Origin: a virus
Strand: one strand, 5' to 3'
DNA length: 64,000 nt
Virus record (IMG/VR): IMGVR_UViG_3300023184_000035
Location: 64,001-128,000 of that record
Shown here: positions 18,805 to 28,055 of the stretch, in pieces
Numbering within the stretch: position 1 is the first letter of the stretch
Layout of the letters: each line of letters starts with the position of its first letter
Program-made: the position numbers and the translations under genes
Notes under the pieces: model-generated
Database searches by the model: none
The model's input: only the letters and a program-made list of their open reading frames with translations
Told to the model about the DNA's origin: nothing

Positions 18805-18857
18805 ACCCTGCACTCAGCAGGGTTTTTCTTGACCAAATATTGCCCAAATGCTATAAT
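18805..18857 (+). promoter_or_regulatory. Terminator hairpin fused to an early promoter
   Basis: aaccctgc-actca-gcagggttttt then TTGACC(18829)-17-TATAAT. Confidence 0.8.
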
Positions 18858-18888
18858 ATGGACATATTGTAACAACAAGGAGTCAGCA

Positions 18889-19155
18889 ATGAAAGCACTC
18901 GACGCATACATTGACCAGCAAAACAGTTGGAACGCCATTTTTAATGGTGTCAAGTTTGAAATTCACACTAGTGAAGGTCGCAAACGTGTGGCGCAAAATA
19001 TTGATGCCGCACTGAGCCCCGAAAATCTCAGCTGTGACGGTGAACTGCCCCGTGCGCAAGTGCAAGCCCGTTATCGCTCACTCACAGCGGCTGCTCGGGA
19101 CTTGGTGCGCCTGGACCCCAGCGTGGCTCAGTTCATGTACGAATTTGGAGAATAA
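18889..19155 (+). CDS. Hypothetical phage protein
   Basis: LSPENLSCDGE; AAGGAG RBS. Confidence 0.75.
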   Translation: MKALDAYIDQQNSWNAIFNGVKFEIHTSEGRKRVAQNIDAALSPENLSCDGELPRAQVQARYRSLTAAARDLVRLDPSVAQFMYEFGE

Positions 19156-19156
19156 C

Positions 19157-19357
19157 ATGTGGACCATTGCTGTAATCTTTGCCAGCTCTGTGCAGAACAT
19201 AGGGCAGTTTGCAAATCAAGCCGAGTGCGACCGTGCCTTGGCACAGTTCCAAAAACCTGGCGTGGTAGCGGGTTGCATCAAACAACCTACCCCGGAGCAA
19301 AGCCTAGCACAGGCGCAACGCATGATGAATTCCTTTATCACCAGCATGGAAAAGTAA
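19157..19357 (+). CDS. Small hypothetical protein
   Basis: GGAG RBS; F.NQAEC...GCI. Confidence 0.6.
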   Translation: MWTIAVIFASSVQNIGQFANQAECDRALAQFQKPGVVAGCIKQPTPEQSLAQAQRMMNSFITSMEK

Positions 19358-19381
19358 TACTTTTTTAGTACTACATTTCGG

Positions 19382-19410
19382 TTGACCGAATATTCCCAAA
19401 ATGCTATAAT
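19382..19410 (+). promoter_or_regulatory. Early sigma70-type promoter
   Basis: TTGACC-17-TATAAT. Confidence 0.85.
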
Positions 19411-19440
19411 AATGGCATACAAAGCAAAAAGGAGCCTGCA

Positions 19441-19770
19441 ATGATTAAAGAAAAAGAACTCAACTCACGTGCCGCTGGTGTTTATGCATGGGCGGCTGCA
19501 CAAGACGCTCATCGCTACAGTGATGAGTGCCGCATGCGTTACACATCTGCGCAACGTGCCCGGGCTGAGACATTTAAAGATCTTGTAGAGATGGCATACA
19601 CCAATGTTCGTCCCGAGCCCACTTATCGTAAAAAGTTTGTGGTAATCAAAGTTGAGCACGGACAAGTCCGGGACCGTAAAATGGCACAAGAGATTGATGC
19701 TATTGTTGCCGAGCGCAATTATGAAAAAACTGTGACCCCACAAGGGTTTAACTTTCGTATTACTTTTTAA
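19441..19770 (+). CDS. Hypothetical protein
   Basis: Own promoter and AAGGAG. Confidence 0.7.
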   Translation: MIKEKELNSRAAGVYAWAAAQDAHRYSDECRMRYTSAQRARAETFKDLVEMAYTNVRPEPTYRKKFVVIKVEHGQVRDRKMAQEIDAIVAERNYEKTVTPQGFNFRITF

Positions 19771-19775
19771 AACGG

Positions 19776-19804
19776 TTGACAGGTAATAGCCGAAATGCTA
19801 TAAT
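19776..19804 (+). promoter_or_regulatory. Early sigma70-type promoter
   Basis: TTGACA-17-TATAAT (consensus). Confidence 0.9.
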
Positions 19805-19835
19805 ATGGACATATTGTAACAAACAGGAGTTGGAA

Positions 19836-20309
19836 ATGAGCACAAACAGTCGTATCGCAGTCATGCATGGCACAGTTTGCAAAAGCATCTACTGTCATTG
19901 GGACGGTTACTTGCACTTTAATGGACGTATCTTGCAAGAGAGCTACGACAGTTCCAAGGCCAATCACCTTGTGGCACTGGGTGACTTGAGCAGCCTGCGA
20001 GCCACGATTGGCGAGAAGCATGCGTTCAGTCAGTTTGAAGTTCCTACTGAAGAAGTAGAAGCATACAAGACGCTGACAGAAAACATGTGTACCTTTTACG
20101 GTCGCGATCGTGGCGAGAAGCACACTGAGCACAAAGTGGCAGTGAACTTCGAAACTTTCCTGGAACAGTGCAACATGTGCGGTGCCGAGTACTACTACAT
20201 CATGGAAGATGGTCAGTGGTACTATGGTAGCATGCACGAAAGCGATCCTTTCTACAAGCGCCTGGTGTTGTTGAGTGACGCACTGGAATCTGAAACGGTT
20301 GACCAATAA
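19836..20309 (+). CDS. Hypothetical phage protein
   Basis: MSTNSRI...SIYCHWDGY...FYGRDRGE. Confidence 0.75.
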   Translation: MSTNSRIAVMHGTVCKSIYCHWDGYLHFNGRILQESYDSSKANHLVALGDLSSLRATIGEKHAFSQFEVPTEEVEAYKTLTENMCTFYGRDRGEKHTEHKVAVNFETFLEQCNMCGAEYYYIMEDGQWYYGSMHESDPFYKRLVLLSDALESETVDQ

Positions 20310-20327
20310 TTCCCAAAGTGCTATAAT
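20299..20327 (+). promoter_or_regulatory. Early sigma70-type promoter
   Basis: TTGACC-17-TATAAT. Confidence 0.85.
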
Positions 20328-20357
20328 ACGAACATACAAAGCAAAAAGGAGTTGACA

Positions 20358-20582
20358 ATGCAAGACGCACAAGAGATCTATTACGGCATGTTTACAGATG
20401 CTGGCAATCAAGAAGTTGCCGCTATTGTAAAACACGCCAAGGCAAAACAACTTACGTGGGCACAGACTTACAAACTGTTGTCACAGTTGGCAATGGTTTC
20501 AGATTATGCTGAAGCCCTGGACACCATGGTGCGTGAGATGGTGTATGACGCAATCGGCGCTGATGGCCCTTTTTACATCTAA
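20358..20582 (+). CDS. Hypothetical protein
   Basis: YGMFTDAGN...EALDTMVRE. Confidence 0.7.
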   Translation: MQDAQEIYYGMFTDAGNQEVAAIVKHAKAKQLTWAQTYKLLSQLAMVSDYAEALDTMVREMVYDAIGADGPFYI

Positions 20583-20589
20583 GGAGACG

Positions 20590-20784
20590 ATGATGAAAAT
20601 ACGCAACGAATATTTGTGGCTGGTACTGTTGGTGGCTGTGATTGCAGGTGGTCCGCTGTTGAGCATCTGGGCCTTGAATACACTGTTTCCTGTGTTGGCT
20701 ATTCCTTACACCCTAGAGACCTGGGCCGCAATGGCCTTGGTTGGTGGCGTATTTCAAAGTTTGAAAATTGGTAAGAAAGACTGA
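20590..20784 (+). CDS. Small membrane protein
   Basis: AAGGAG; IWALNTLFP.LAIPYT..TW. Confidence 0.7.
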   Translation: MMKIRNEYLWLVLLVAVIAGGPLLSIWALNTLFPVLAIPYTLETWAAMALVGGVFQSLKIGKKD

Positions 20785-20785
20785 T

Positions 20786-21553
20786 ATGTTTGTAGATGTC
20801 TCTAACATGACAGCCCGCGAAATACAACGCCTGGGCCACGAGGACGATGAGGGGCCTGTGCAACGCCGGTGGAAGCCACGTACTACTGCCGGTGGTGGGC
20901 ATCGTGGCTACAGTGTAAGCGATGTGTGGGGTGCCGCATGTCATGCACAATGCATCAACGGTGTGTACGTCAAAGAAGATTTATGGGAATGGCCCTCAGA
21001 GTCAGCAACTGCTATGCAACTCAAACGCAAAAGCAATCGCAACATCATGATGGATGCATTAGAAAATCCTTTCATGATCACAGACGAAGATCGCTCAGCA
21101 GGCGAGCAGTGCATGAAGTTCATTTCTAATGACATGACGTTCCGCGCACTGCAAAACAAACTCACAGACTTTGACCGCAGTGTGATGAAGATCACTGCTG
21201 TGACAGATCGATTCTTTCCGCAGGCGCATAAATTAGAATTGGCCACTGTGGCTTGTTTGCCCAACAGTCATCAACGTGCCCTGACACGCATTGCGGAACA
21301 GGACAGACTCAATCAGACTGCTGGTTATATAGGTGCTGTGGGCGACAAGGTCACCATCAACGTGGACATTGTTCGCTGTGTATTCAGTCAGAAGTGGAAC
21401 ACCTACTACGCAACTGGTATCACCAGCAACAATGAAACAGTGTTCTTTTCCATCCGTGAACCGCTAAACACAGGCACCTTGCTGTCAGTGCAGGGCACTG
21501 TGAAAGCGCACCGGGATGGACAGACTCAACTCAACCGCGTGAAGGTGCTATGA
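20786..21553 (+). CDS. Hypothetical protein with C-terminal OB-fold-like domain
   Basis: YIGAVGDKV...GTVKAH...TQLNRVK. Confidence 0.65.
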   Translation: MFVDVSNMTAREIQRLGHEDDEGPVQRRWKPRTTAGGGHRGYSVSDVWGAACHAQCINGVYVKEDLWEWPSESATAMQLKRKSNRNIMMDALENPFMITDEDRSAGEQCMKFISNDMTFRALQNKLTDFDRSVMKITAVTDRFFPQAHKLELATVACLPNSHQRALTRIAEQDRLNQTAGYIGAVGDKVTINVDIVRCVFSQKWNTYYATGITSNNETVFFSIREPLNTGTLLSVQGTVKAHRDGQTQLNRVKVL

Positions 21554-21687
21554 GATTGGTGTTGGTTGTGTTTGCGTTGACAGGGTGTAGTGTGTTTCAC
21601 GACGCCCGAGATGAATTCAAGAAAGAAGTAACTGGTGTTCAATCAGAATTTGCTAGACTTTACAACAAGGAGAACTCAAATGAGTAA
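21550..21687 (+). CDS. Small lipoprotein (45 aa)
   Basis: MRLVLVVFALTGC lipobox; not in the ORF track. Confidence 0.55.
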   Translation: MRLVLVVFALTGCSVFHDARDEFKKEVTGVQSEFARLYNKENSNE

Positions 21688-21808
21688 GATTTTAATTGGT
21701 TTTGTGTTGGGATTGATTGTGGCTAGTGTGGGCTTCTCGGGCATTGCCCGAATTGCCGACCGAGGTGTCCAAACCATCCAAACACAGAGCAAAGAATTGG
21801 CCCAGTAA
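21680..21808 (+). CDS. Small membrane protein (42 aa)
   Basis: AAGGAG; MSKILIGFVLGLIVASVGFSGIARIAD. Confidence 0.6.
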   Translation: MSKILIGFVLGLIVASVGFSGIARIADRGVQTIQTQSKELAQ

Positions 21809-21937
21809 ATTGGGCAAATCAAATCTAAATTGTGCAAAAAGTGGTTGACACAGATACCGTTTTGTTGTATAATTTGGATATGCTGAAGCACAGCATGTTT
21901 CGTAATTTAACTTTAGGCAACTCAGAAAGGCAACAAA

Positions 21938-22294
21938 ATGTCAAATGACAAACTCTTTACCGTAGCAGGCACCGCAACTCACAAAGGCGTGACCAAGGTA
22001 CGCTTTGCAAACGACTTGGTGGCTCGCATCAAGATCCTGGCCAAGGCCGGCGCAACTGATGTCAACTTGGTGGAACTGCCCCAAGCTATGACCAAACTGC
22101 AAGCACTCAAGTACTTGCAAGAACAAGGTATCACTGCTGGTGATGCTGGCTTTGCTGTGGCCAACAAACTGGCTGAGAAAAGCAAAGTGGCCAAGAAAGG
22201 CGAAGTCAAAGTGTCTGCAAGCGGCACCAAGGCCAAGTCTAAAACTGCTCCTGCAACTGTTCGATCAGATGCAGTTGAAAGCACCAACGCCTAA
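21938..22294 (+). CDS. Basic Ala/Lys-rich hypothetical protein
   Basis: Promoter TTGACA-17-TATAAT at 21845; KVRFAND motif. Confidence 0.7.
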   Translation: MSNDKLFTVAGTATHKGVTKVRFANDLVARIKILAKAGATDVNLVELPQAMTKLQALKYLQEQGITAGDAGFAVANKLAEKSKVAKKGEVKVSASGTKAKSKTAPATVRSDAVESTNA

Positions 22295-22311
22295 TACAAA
22301 CAGGCTCCCAA

Positions 22312-22337
22312 CAACGCCGTCAATGACGGCGTTTTTT
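22312..22337 (+). terminator. Intrinsic terminator
   Basis: aacgccgtca-a-tgacggcgtttttt. Confidence 0.8.
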
Positions 22338-22366
22338 ATTGACTCGTCAATCGAGATAATTACTGT

Positions 22367-22627
22367 ATGCTGGAATTTGAAGATGACCCCATTTACGAAT
22401 ACGCCAAGACTGTGATGTTTCAAATCATGACAGTGCTGTACATGAACGGACGCACAGAAGCACACGTGGGTGCCATAATGCGGCTGTTGGGTGTGGATGA
22501 AGACCATGCTAGACTGCATGATGATGAACGCATTGAGCTGGACGAAAATTTTGCCCGGATGGCTGCGGAATTAAATATGAATGAGCTTGTGTCTGCTCAA
22601 GTCCCCCAAGGAACCACAATCCATTAA
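22367..22627 (+). CDS. Hypothetical protein
   Basis: TAATTA 4 nt before ATG, no SD. Confidence 0.65.
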   Translation: MLEFEDDPIYEYAKTVMFQIMTVLYMNGRTEAHVGAIMRLLGVDEDHARLHDDERIELDENFARMAAELNMNELVSAQVPQGTTIH

Positions 22628-22872
22628 TGTCTATCCCCACATACCGTGCAGTTGAACCACTGTACATTGTGATGTTGCGCAACAACCAAGCTGAGCCCAT
22701 GTTCAAGACTTGGATACGCCGACATCAAATTGAACATGCCAATGTCACTGGCAACCGAATGATGCTTCATCACCAGCAAGCCTTTGATCGATTTCTTGTG
22801 ACATGGACACATGAGTGGACTGCCATCACTGTGTGGGACACTTGGAACCGCAGACACATCTACATGGACTAG
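22627..22872 (+). CDS. Hypothetical protein
   Basis: TAATG coupling. Confidence 0.6.
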   Translation: MSIPTYRAVEPLYIVMLRNNQAEPMFKTWIRRHQIEHANVTGNRMMLHHQQAFDRFLVTWTHEWTAITVWDTWNRRHIYMD

Positions 22873-22954
22873 GCAGGAGTGCCAAATTCCTGTGTTTTTC
22901 TTGACATGCTGTGATAATGCATGTATAATTACTATTCATAACAAAGGAGTCATA

Positions 22955-23146
22955 ATGACCAATCATGAACAAATCGTAGCCGCTTACGACACATACATTG
23001 CGGAAAATGAAAAATTCACAGCCAAGGGTGTGAAAGCCGCGGCTGCCCGTGCTAGAAAAGCCTTGCAAGAAATGACCAAAGGTATCAAAGAGCGCAGAAA
23101 AGAAATCACAGCAGAGAAAGAAGCACTTGCGGCAGCACCCAAGTAA
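22955..23146 (+). CDS. Histone H1-like (Hc1 family) protein
   Basis: ENEKF..KGVKAAAARARKAL..M.K..KE.RKEI; promoter TTGACA-17-TATAAT at 22901. Confidence 0.75.
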   Translation: MTNHEQIVAAYDTYIAENEKFTAKGVKAAAARARKALQEMTKGIKERRKEITAEKEALAAAPK

Positions 23147-23295
23147 CGCTCAGCCTGAGATGCAGGAGTTACATTCGTGGCCCTTGCATCTCACTGCCGA
23201 CTTGCGGCAGCGACTGTTGGATGATAAAATGCGTCGAGCCCAGCATTACTGGCAGGCGCAGGAAAAAATCCGCAGTGCCAAAAATCCACAAAATC

Positions 23296-23784
23296 ATGGC
23301 AATCACAACTGATCAAATTCCCACCATAACCATAGATGAACTAAGCGATCATCTCGATCATCTAACCAGTGGCGTCAGCACCGACACCATAACCTGGGGC
23401 AACAGCTCAATCTGGAGCACAACCGGAACAGTGGTACCGGGCTATGGTGCTGCTATTGGTGGTCAAAATGCTTACACCTACGCAACCAATACCACTAGCC
23501 CTTGGATTAGCGTTAGCAATGGTGGCACTGGGTCAATCAACCCCAGTGCCAGCATAGAAATCAAAGGCGAAGACGCTGACATCAAGATCAATGGCAAAAG
23601 CATGGTGACCTGGATGGAGGCGGTAGAAGAACGACTTAACATACTCACACCCAATCCTGAACTGGAAAAAGACTGGGATGACTTGCGCAGACTGGGGCAA
23701 CGCTACAGAGCCTTGGAAAAGAAATGCAAGGAAAAAGCACAGATGTGGGCGGCCTTGAAAAAAGTACAACCTCGACAACCATGA
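23296..23784 (+). CDS. Hypothetical protein
   Basis: IKGEDADIKING...EERLNIL.PNPELE. Confidence 0.7.
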   Translation: MAITTDQIPTITIDELSDHLDHLTSGVSTDTITWGNSSIWSTTGTVVPGYGAAIGGQNAYTYATNTTSPWISVSNGGTGSINPSASIEIKGEDADIKINGKSMVTWMEAVEERLNILTPNPELEKDWDDLRRLGQRYRALEKKCKEKAQMWAALKKVQPRQP

Positions 23785-25166
23785 GCACATGGGCAGAGTT
23801 TTACAATCAAATCCGAGATCCTGCATGGCCTGACTGCAAACAAGAACATCAGTTCTCACAACTACCCGAACATATTCAAAAAGAATGCTGTGAAGTATTT
23901 GGGTATGTTCCGGGTGCATTTAAAAAACAATCCAAGCTGCCCAATCGGGTGTTTCCAATCAACACAGCAACAGCTTGTCAGTTAAAATGGAACTGGAGCA
24001 CAATATATCTTACCACAGAAGACACAGCCAGTTGTCATAGAACCACTCATCATAAATTTGACACTGACACGTTTGATTTTCACAACACGCCTAGTAAATT
24101 GCAAGACCGGCGGCACATGTTGGCGGGCAAATGGCCCGAACATGGTTGCGAATACTGTCGTGATATAGAGCAGGCAGGTGGACAAAGCGATCGTATTACC
24201 AATTTGGACTTCCCAGGTATACATGCGCCTCCTGAGCTAGATCAAGATCCTGTGGCGGTTGATGTTACTCCTCGTATACTAGAAGTATATTTCGACAACA
24301 CTTGCAATTTAAAATGCCTGTACTGTGGTCCTCACTTTAGCAGTCTGTGGGACGCTGAAAACATTCGACATGGCGCTGGGGCATTTGCCAAGAGTGCCAA
24401 TATTGAAAGCAACAAACAAAAGATATTTTCTTGGTTGAGGCAACATGGGCACAACCTTACAGTGTTCAATATTTTAGGTGGCGAGCCACTGTATCAAGAC
24501 GAACTTGATCAATGCTTGGATTTATTTGAGCAGCATCCTGCACCCGAACTTAAATTACAAATATTTACAAATCTCAATGCCAAGTTGAGTCGTGTAAAAA
24601 ATTTAGTTGAACGTGTTAAACAATTGATTGATCAGAACAAACTGAGAGAATTTGAAATAACTGCCAGTTTGGATTGCTGGGGTACACCGCAAGAATATGT
24701 GCGATACCCATTGGATCTCTCTGTATGGGAAAAGAACTTTGAATACTTGGTAGACCAACCTTGGATAAATTTAATTATTAACTCCACAGTGACACCACTC
24801 ACTGTAAAAACTCTACCTGATTTACTGCAAAGAATAAATCAGTGGAGTACAACTAGAAAAATATATCACTATCAAAATTCTGTCAACGGCCCCAGTTACA
24901 TGTTTATTGACATATTTGGCGGAATTTTTCAAAATGATTTTGATCAAGCCCTGGCCATCAAGCCAACTAATACTCCAGAAGAACAATCTAGTACTCAGTA
25001 CTTGAAAGGCATTGCACAACAAAGTTTGCATCGTGGCCCCAACGTGCCTGAAATAAAAAAACTTTTTAATTTTTTAAACGAAAATGATCGTCGACGTAAT
25101 ACCAGCTGGTCCACGGTGTTTCCTTGGCTGGTTGAAGAATTTGTCAAATATGATCTAAAAATTTGA
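23781..25166 (+). CDS. Radical SAM protein with an extra N-terminal module
   Basis: CNLKCLYC, LGGEP; twitch-like CQLKW..SCHRT..CEYC. Confidence 0.88.
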   Translation: MSTWAEFYNQIRDPAWPDCKQEHQFSQLPEHIQKECCEVFGYVPGAFKKQSKLPNRVFPINTATACQLKWNWSTIYLTTEDTASCHRTTHHKFDTDTFDFHNTPSKLQDRRHMLAGKWPEHGCEYCRDIEQAGGQSDRITNLDFPGIHAPPELDQDPVAVDVTPRILEVYFDNTCNLKCLYCGPHFSSLWDAENIRHGAGAFAKSANIESNKQKIFSWLRQHGHNLTVFNILGGEPLYQDELDQCLDLFEQHPAPELKLQIFTNLNAKLSRVKNLVERVKQLIDQNKLREFEITASLDCWGTPQEYVRYPLDLSVWEKNFEYLVDQPWINLIINSTVTPLTVKTLPDLLQRINQWSTTRKIYHYQNSVNGPSYMFIDIFGGIFQNDFDQALAIKPTNTPEEQSSTQYLKGIAQQSLHRGPNVPEIKKLFNFLNENDRRRNTSWSTVFPWLVEEFVKYDLKI

Positions 25167-25197
25167 CACACAATACAAATCATTATATAATGCTATT

Positions 25198-26010
25198 ATG
25201 ATACCCAAAACACCTAAACAACGCATCAAACACATCGTCAAGTGGATCCAAGACTATGCTCGCAAAGCAAAGATTAATACCTTGGTGGTGGGTATTTCAG
25301 GCGGCATTGACAGCTCAGTTGTGAGTGCCTTGTGTGCTCGAACTGGCTTGAAAACCATTGTGGTACAAATGCCCATTCGCCAGAATAAGAAACTGGACAA
25401 CTTGAGTTCAGCACACGCAGGCTGGCTGTTGAATCATGTGCCCAGCTTCAGCATCACGCACATGATCATGGATTTGACCCCAGTGTTCACAGCATTTGAG
25501 AAAAAGCTCACACCTTTTGGCGACAGTGAACTGGCATTTGCCAACAGCAGAGCCCGACTGCGCATGATGACCCTGTATCAAATTGCACAGAGTCATGGTG
25601 GCATTGTGGTGGGCACAGGCAACAAAGTGGAAGATTTTGGCGTGGGATTCTTTACCAAGTACGGTGACGGTGGAGTGGATATCTCTCCCATTGGTGACTG
25701 TTTGAAAACTGAAGTCTGGGACATGGGACGAGAACTTGGCTTGCTCCAGGAGATCATCGATGCCCCGCCCACCGACGGACTCTGGGCCGATGACCGTAAC
25801 GACGAAGATCAACTGGGCATGAACTACCCTGAACTGGAACGCATGATGAGCATTGACTTTTTGAAGCGAGCCAAGATCGTGGATTCAGACATGCCTGGCA
25901 GCGCCAAACTCAATGCTGACGATCGAAAAAAATTAAAACGTTATCAAGAACTACGTGCTCAGAACATGCACAAGATGATGTCTATCCCTGTTTGTACAAT
26001 GCCCCGTTAA
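25198..26010 (+). CDS. nadE: NH3-dependent NAD+ synthetase
   Basis: GISGGIDS, NSRARLRM, GTGNKVE, FFTKYGDGG, PTDGLW; promoter TTGACA(25163)-17-TATAAT, apparently leaderless. Confidence 0.93.
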   Translation: MIPKTPKQRIKHIVKWIQDYARKAKINTLVVGISGGIDSSVVSALCARTGLKTIVVQMPIRQNKKLDNLSSAHAGWLLNHVPSFSITHMIMDLTPVFTAFEKKLTPFGDSELAFANSRARLRMMTLYQIAQSHGGIVVGTGNKVEDFGVGFFTKYGDGGVDISPIGDCLKTEVWDMGRELGLLQEIIDAPPTDGLWADDRNDEDQLGMNYPELERMMSIDFLKRAKIVDSDMPGSAKLNADDRKKLKRYQELRAQNMHKMMSIPVCTMPR

Positions 26011-26084
26011 CTACAATGTTAATGGCAAAAACACACCATTTTGACAGTTTTTTGACAGCCTTACAGCTAGATCAAATAAGTAAA

Positions 26085-26395
26085 AGTGGTGGTAGAACAA
26101 CACATTGCAATCTAATAGGATCTTCTACTGCTGATTGGTATCTTGTCCAATTGAATAAAACAAGTACCCGTGACACCAAAAGAGGTTTGTCCAAGCCAAA
26201 TTGGTGTTCGAAAGAGACTCTCGGAAAGTCTCTTCGTTGACAACTAGAATTGGACAGGCTCATTTCTCAGGACGCGAGCTTGTCCCAAACGAGTATGCCA
26301 AGGAGGCCCGAGGTCTATCTATGCTCATCTCAACTGCACTTTTGTCAACGTGATCTACTCGGGACTCCGCGTATAGCCACGTATTGGCAAGAAAA
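26085..26395 (+). ncRNA. Putative large structured RNA / leader of the hydrolase gene
   Basis: At least six hairpins plus a 9-bp long-range complement cgttgacaa/ttgtcaacg. Confidence 0.65.
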
Positions 26396-26404
26396 GGAAA
26401 TCAA

Positions 26405-26980
26405 ATGAAAGTTAATACAAATCGGCCCAATGCATTGGCATCGTGGTCATCTCGAGTTATCAAACTACTGGGACTGTTTTTGGTCATGCTGGTGGTTTGG
26501 AATGTGTGCCAAAGCAGATTGGCCTCACTACGAAGCGACCGGGCAGCCGGCATGGTGGGCTATGTGTCAGCAGAAGACAAATTACGACAATTGGATTGCC
26601 TAACCCGCAACATCTACTGGGAAGCAGCCTCAGAGCCGTTTGAGGGCAAAGTGGCAGTGGCGCAGGTCACGTTAAATAGAGTAGAGAGCGGCAGATTTGC
26701 CAACACTGTGTGCGGTGTGGTCTATCAAAAGAACGTGTTCTATGAAAAGGTAGTTTGCCAATTCTCGTGGTTCTGCGAAGGCAATCACAAGGTCCGAGCA
26801 GTGTATCAGCCCATGTGGCAAGAAAGCGAACTAGTGGCCAAAAAAGTACTATTGGAGAACTTCCGATTGCCCGGCATGAAAAATGCGTTATACTATCATG
26901 CTGACTATGTAAATCCCAACTGGCACAAAGCCCGAATTGACAAAATTGGTCGTCACATCTTTTATGGAGAAAAATCATGA
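26405..26980 (+). CDS. Cell wall hydrolase, SleB/Hydrolase_2 family
   Basis: CLTRNIYWEA..EPFEGKVAVAQVTLNRV, CQFSW, YYHADYV.P.W, IGRHIFY; N-terminal TM. Confidence 0.92.
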   Translation: MKVNTNRPNALASWSSRVIKLLGLFLVMLVVWNVCQSRLASLRSDRAAGMVGYVSAEDKLRQLDCLTRNIYWEAASEPFEGKVAVAQVTLNRVESGRFANTVCGVVYQKNVFYEKVVCQFSWFCEGNHKVRAVYQPMWQESELVAKKVLLENFRLPGMKNALYYHADYVNPNWHKARIDKIGRHIFYGEKS

Positions 26981-27288
26981 ACGCCTGGCCCTTTAACTTA
27001 CAAATTGTTCGAGACTTTTTGAACAATCACCTGCACAAAATTTCAGCAGACACCCTGGGCTGGTTGGCAGCCATTGTGTTGCACTGTGCCACAATTCCTT
27101 CACTGCTGGCCTTGATGACTGGACTGAGTGATCGAGTGCCCAGCCTGGATGTGGTGGCGTTTCTTTGGGCAGGCCTAGTACTGCTGTTCCTGCGAGCCAT
27201 TGTGCTCAAAGATACCCTGAACATCATCACAATTGGTCTGGGGTTTATAGTGCAAGCCGGGCTCATGGCCCTGATCCTGTTTAGGTAA
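26977..27288 (+). CDS. Three-TM membrane protein (PQ-loop/SemiSWEET-like, or holin candidate)
   Basis: LGWLAAIVLHCATIPS, three hydrophobic helices, coupled to the hydrolase. Confidence 0.55.
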   Translation: MNAWPFNLQIVRDFLNNHLHKISADTLGWLAAIVLHCATIPSLLALMTGLSDRVPSLDVVAFLWAGLVLLFLRAIVLKDTLNIITIGLGFIVQAGLMALILFR

Positions 27289-27301
27289 TACTTCAGTAGT
27301 A

Positions 27302-27330
27302 TTGACCAATAATTGCAATCCTGCTATAAT
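27302..27330 (+). promoter_or_regulatory. Early sigma70-type promoter
   Basis: TTGACC-17-TATAAT. Confidence 0.85.
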
Positions 27331-27361
27331 ACAGCATGATTAGCAACTCTGGAGTACTGCA

Positions 27362-27754
27362 ATGACCATGCATCTTGAAGGCCCATGGCTCAGCATGAGC
27401 GGCAAAAAGCGCGGCAAAGTAAAGTTTCGCAACGCTGAAGAAGCCCGACGTGCTAGAGAACTTGATGAGTCATGGCGAGAACTGCTGAAACGTCAAGGCG
27501 TGGAAGCAGAGCAAAAGCGTCAGACTCGTGCTATGACAGCACCCCCACTAGATTACAAGCTGACCACACCCGTGGGTCGTACCAACACACATCACATTCC
27601 CAGCCGTGACACAGGTGGCAACGCCACACTGGCCGCACCCAAAGTTTACACAGGTACCAAGGTCAAGGGCATTGCTACCATGCACAAGTCAAATGCTGTG
27701 CCGGTGTTCTCGGACGAGGAGGCAGTAGAAATTTCAAGGATGCGCCGTGGCTAA
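27362..27754 (+). CDS. Hypothetical phage protein
   Basis: YTGTKVKGIATMHKSNAVPVF C-terminus. Confidence 0.75.
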   Translation: MTMHLEGPWLSMSGKKRGKVKFRNAEEARRARELDESWRELLKRQGVEAEQKRQTRAMTAPPLDYKLTTPVGRTNTHHIPSRDTGGNATLAAPKVYTGTKVKGIATMHKSNAVPVFSDEEAVEISRMRRG

Positions 27755-28055
27755 AATTAATCGTTGCACTTATTATTTTGAACTGCTGAAAAACCGTAGT
27801 GATGGTATCAATTCTTGGAAAGCCGGTGCATACTCAGCCGCAGGTTATGTGGGTGCATATTATGGCGGGCAAAGTAGACTGTCACATAACTGTGACAGGG
27901 TATGGATGCAAGGACCACGCGGTGGTGTCAAGATTATAAAAGATAGAATAAACTGGTACGGCGGTATGTATGGAAGATACATCACAAACAACAAAAAAGC
28001 CATGAAAGAGTTTGCCTGGATCAAACTGTCAGCACGGCCCTTGGAGTTAGGATGA
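27747..28055 (+). CDS. QGPRGGV paralog A
   Basis: VWMQGPRGGVKIIK...MKEFAWIKLSA. Confidence 0.65.
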   Translation: MAKINRCTYYFELLKNRSDGINSWKAGAYSAAGYVGAYYGGQSRLSHNCDRVWMQGPRGGVKIIKDRINWYGGMYGRYITNNKKAMKEFAWIKLSARPLELG

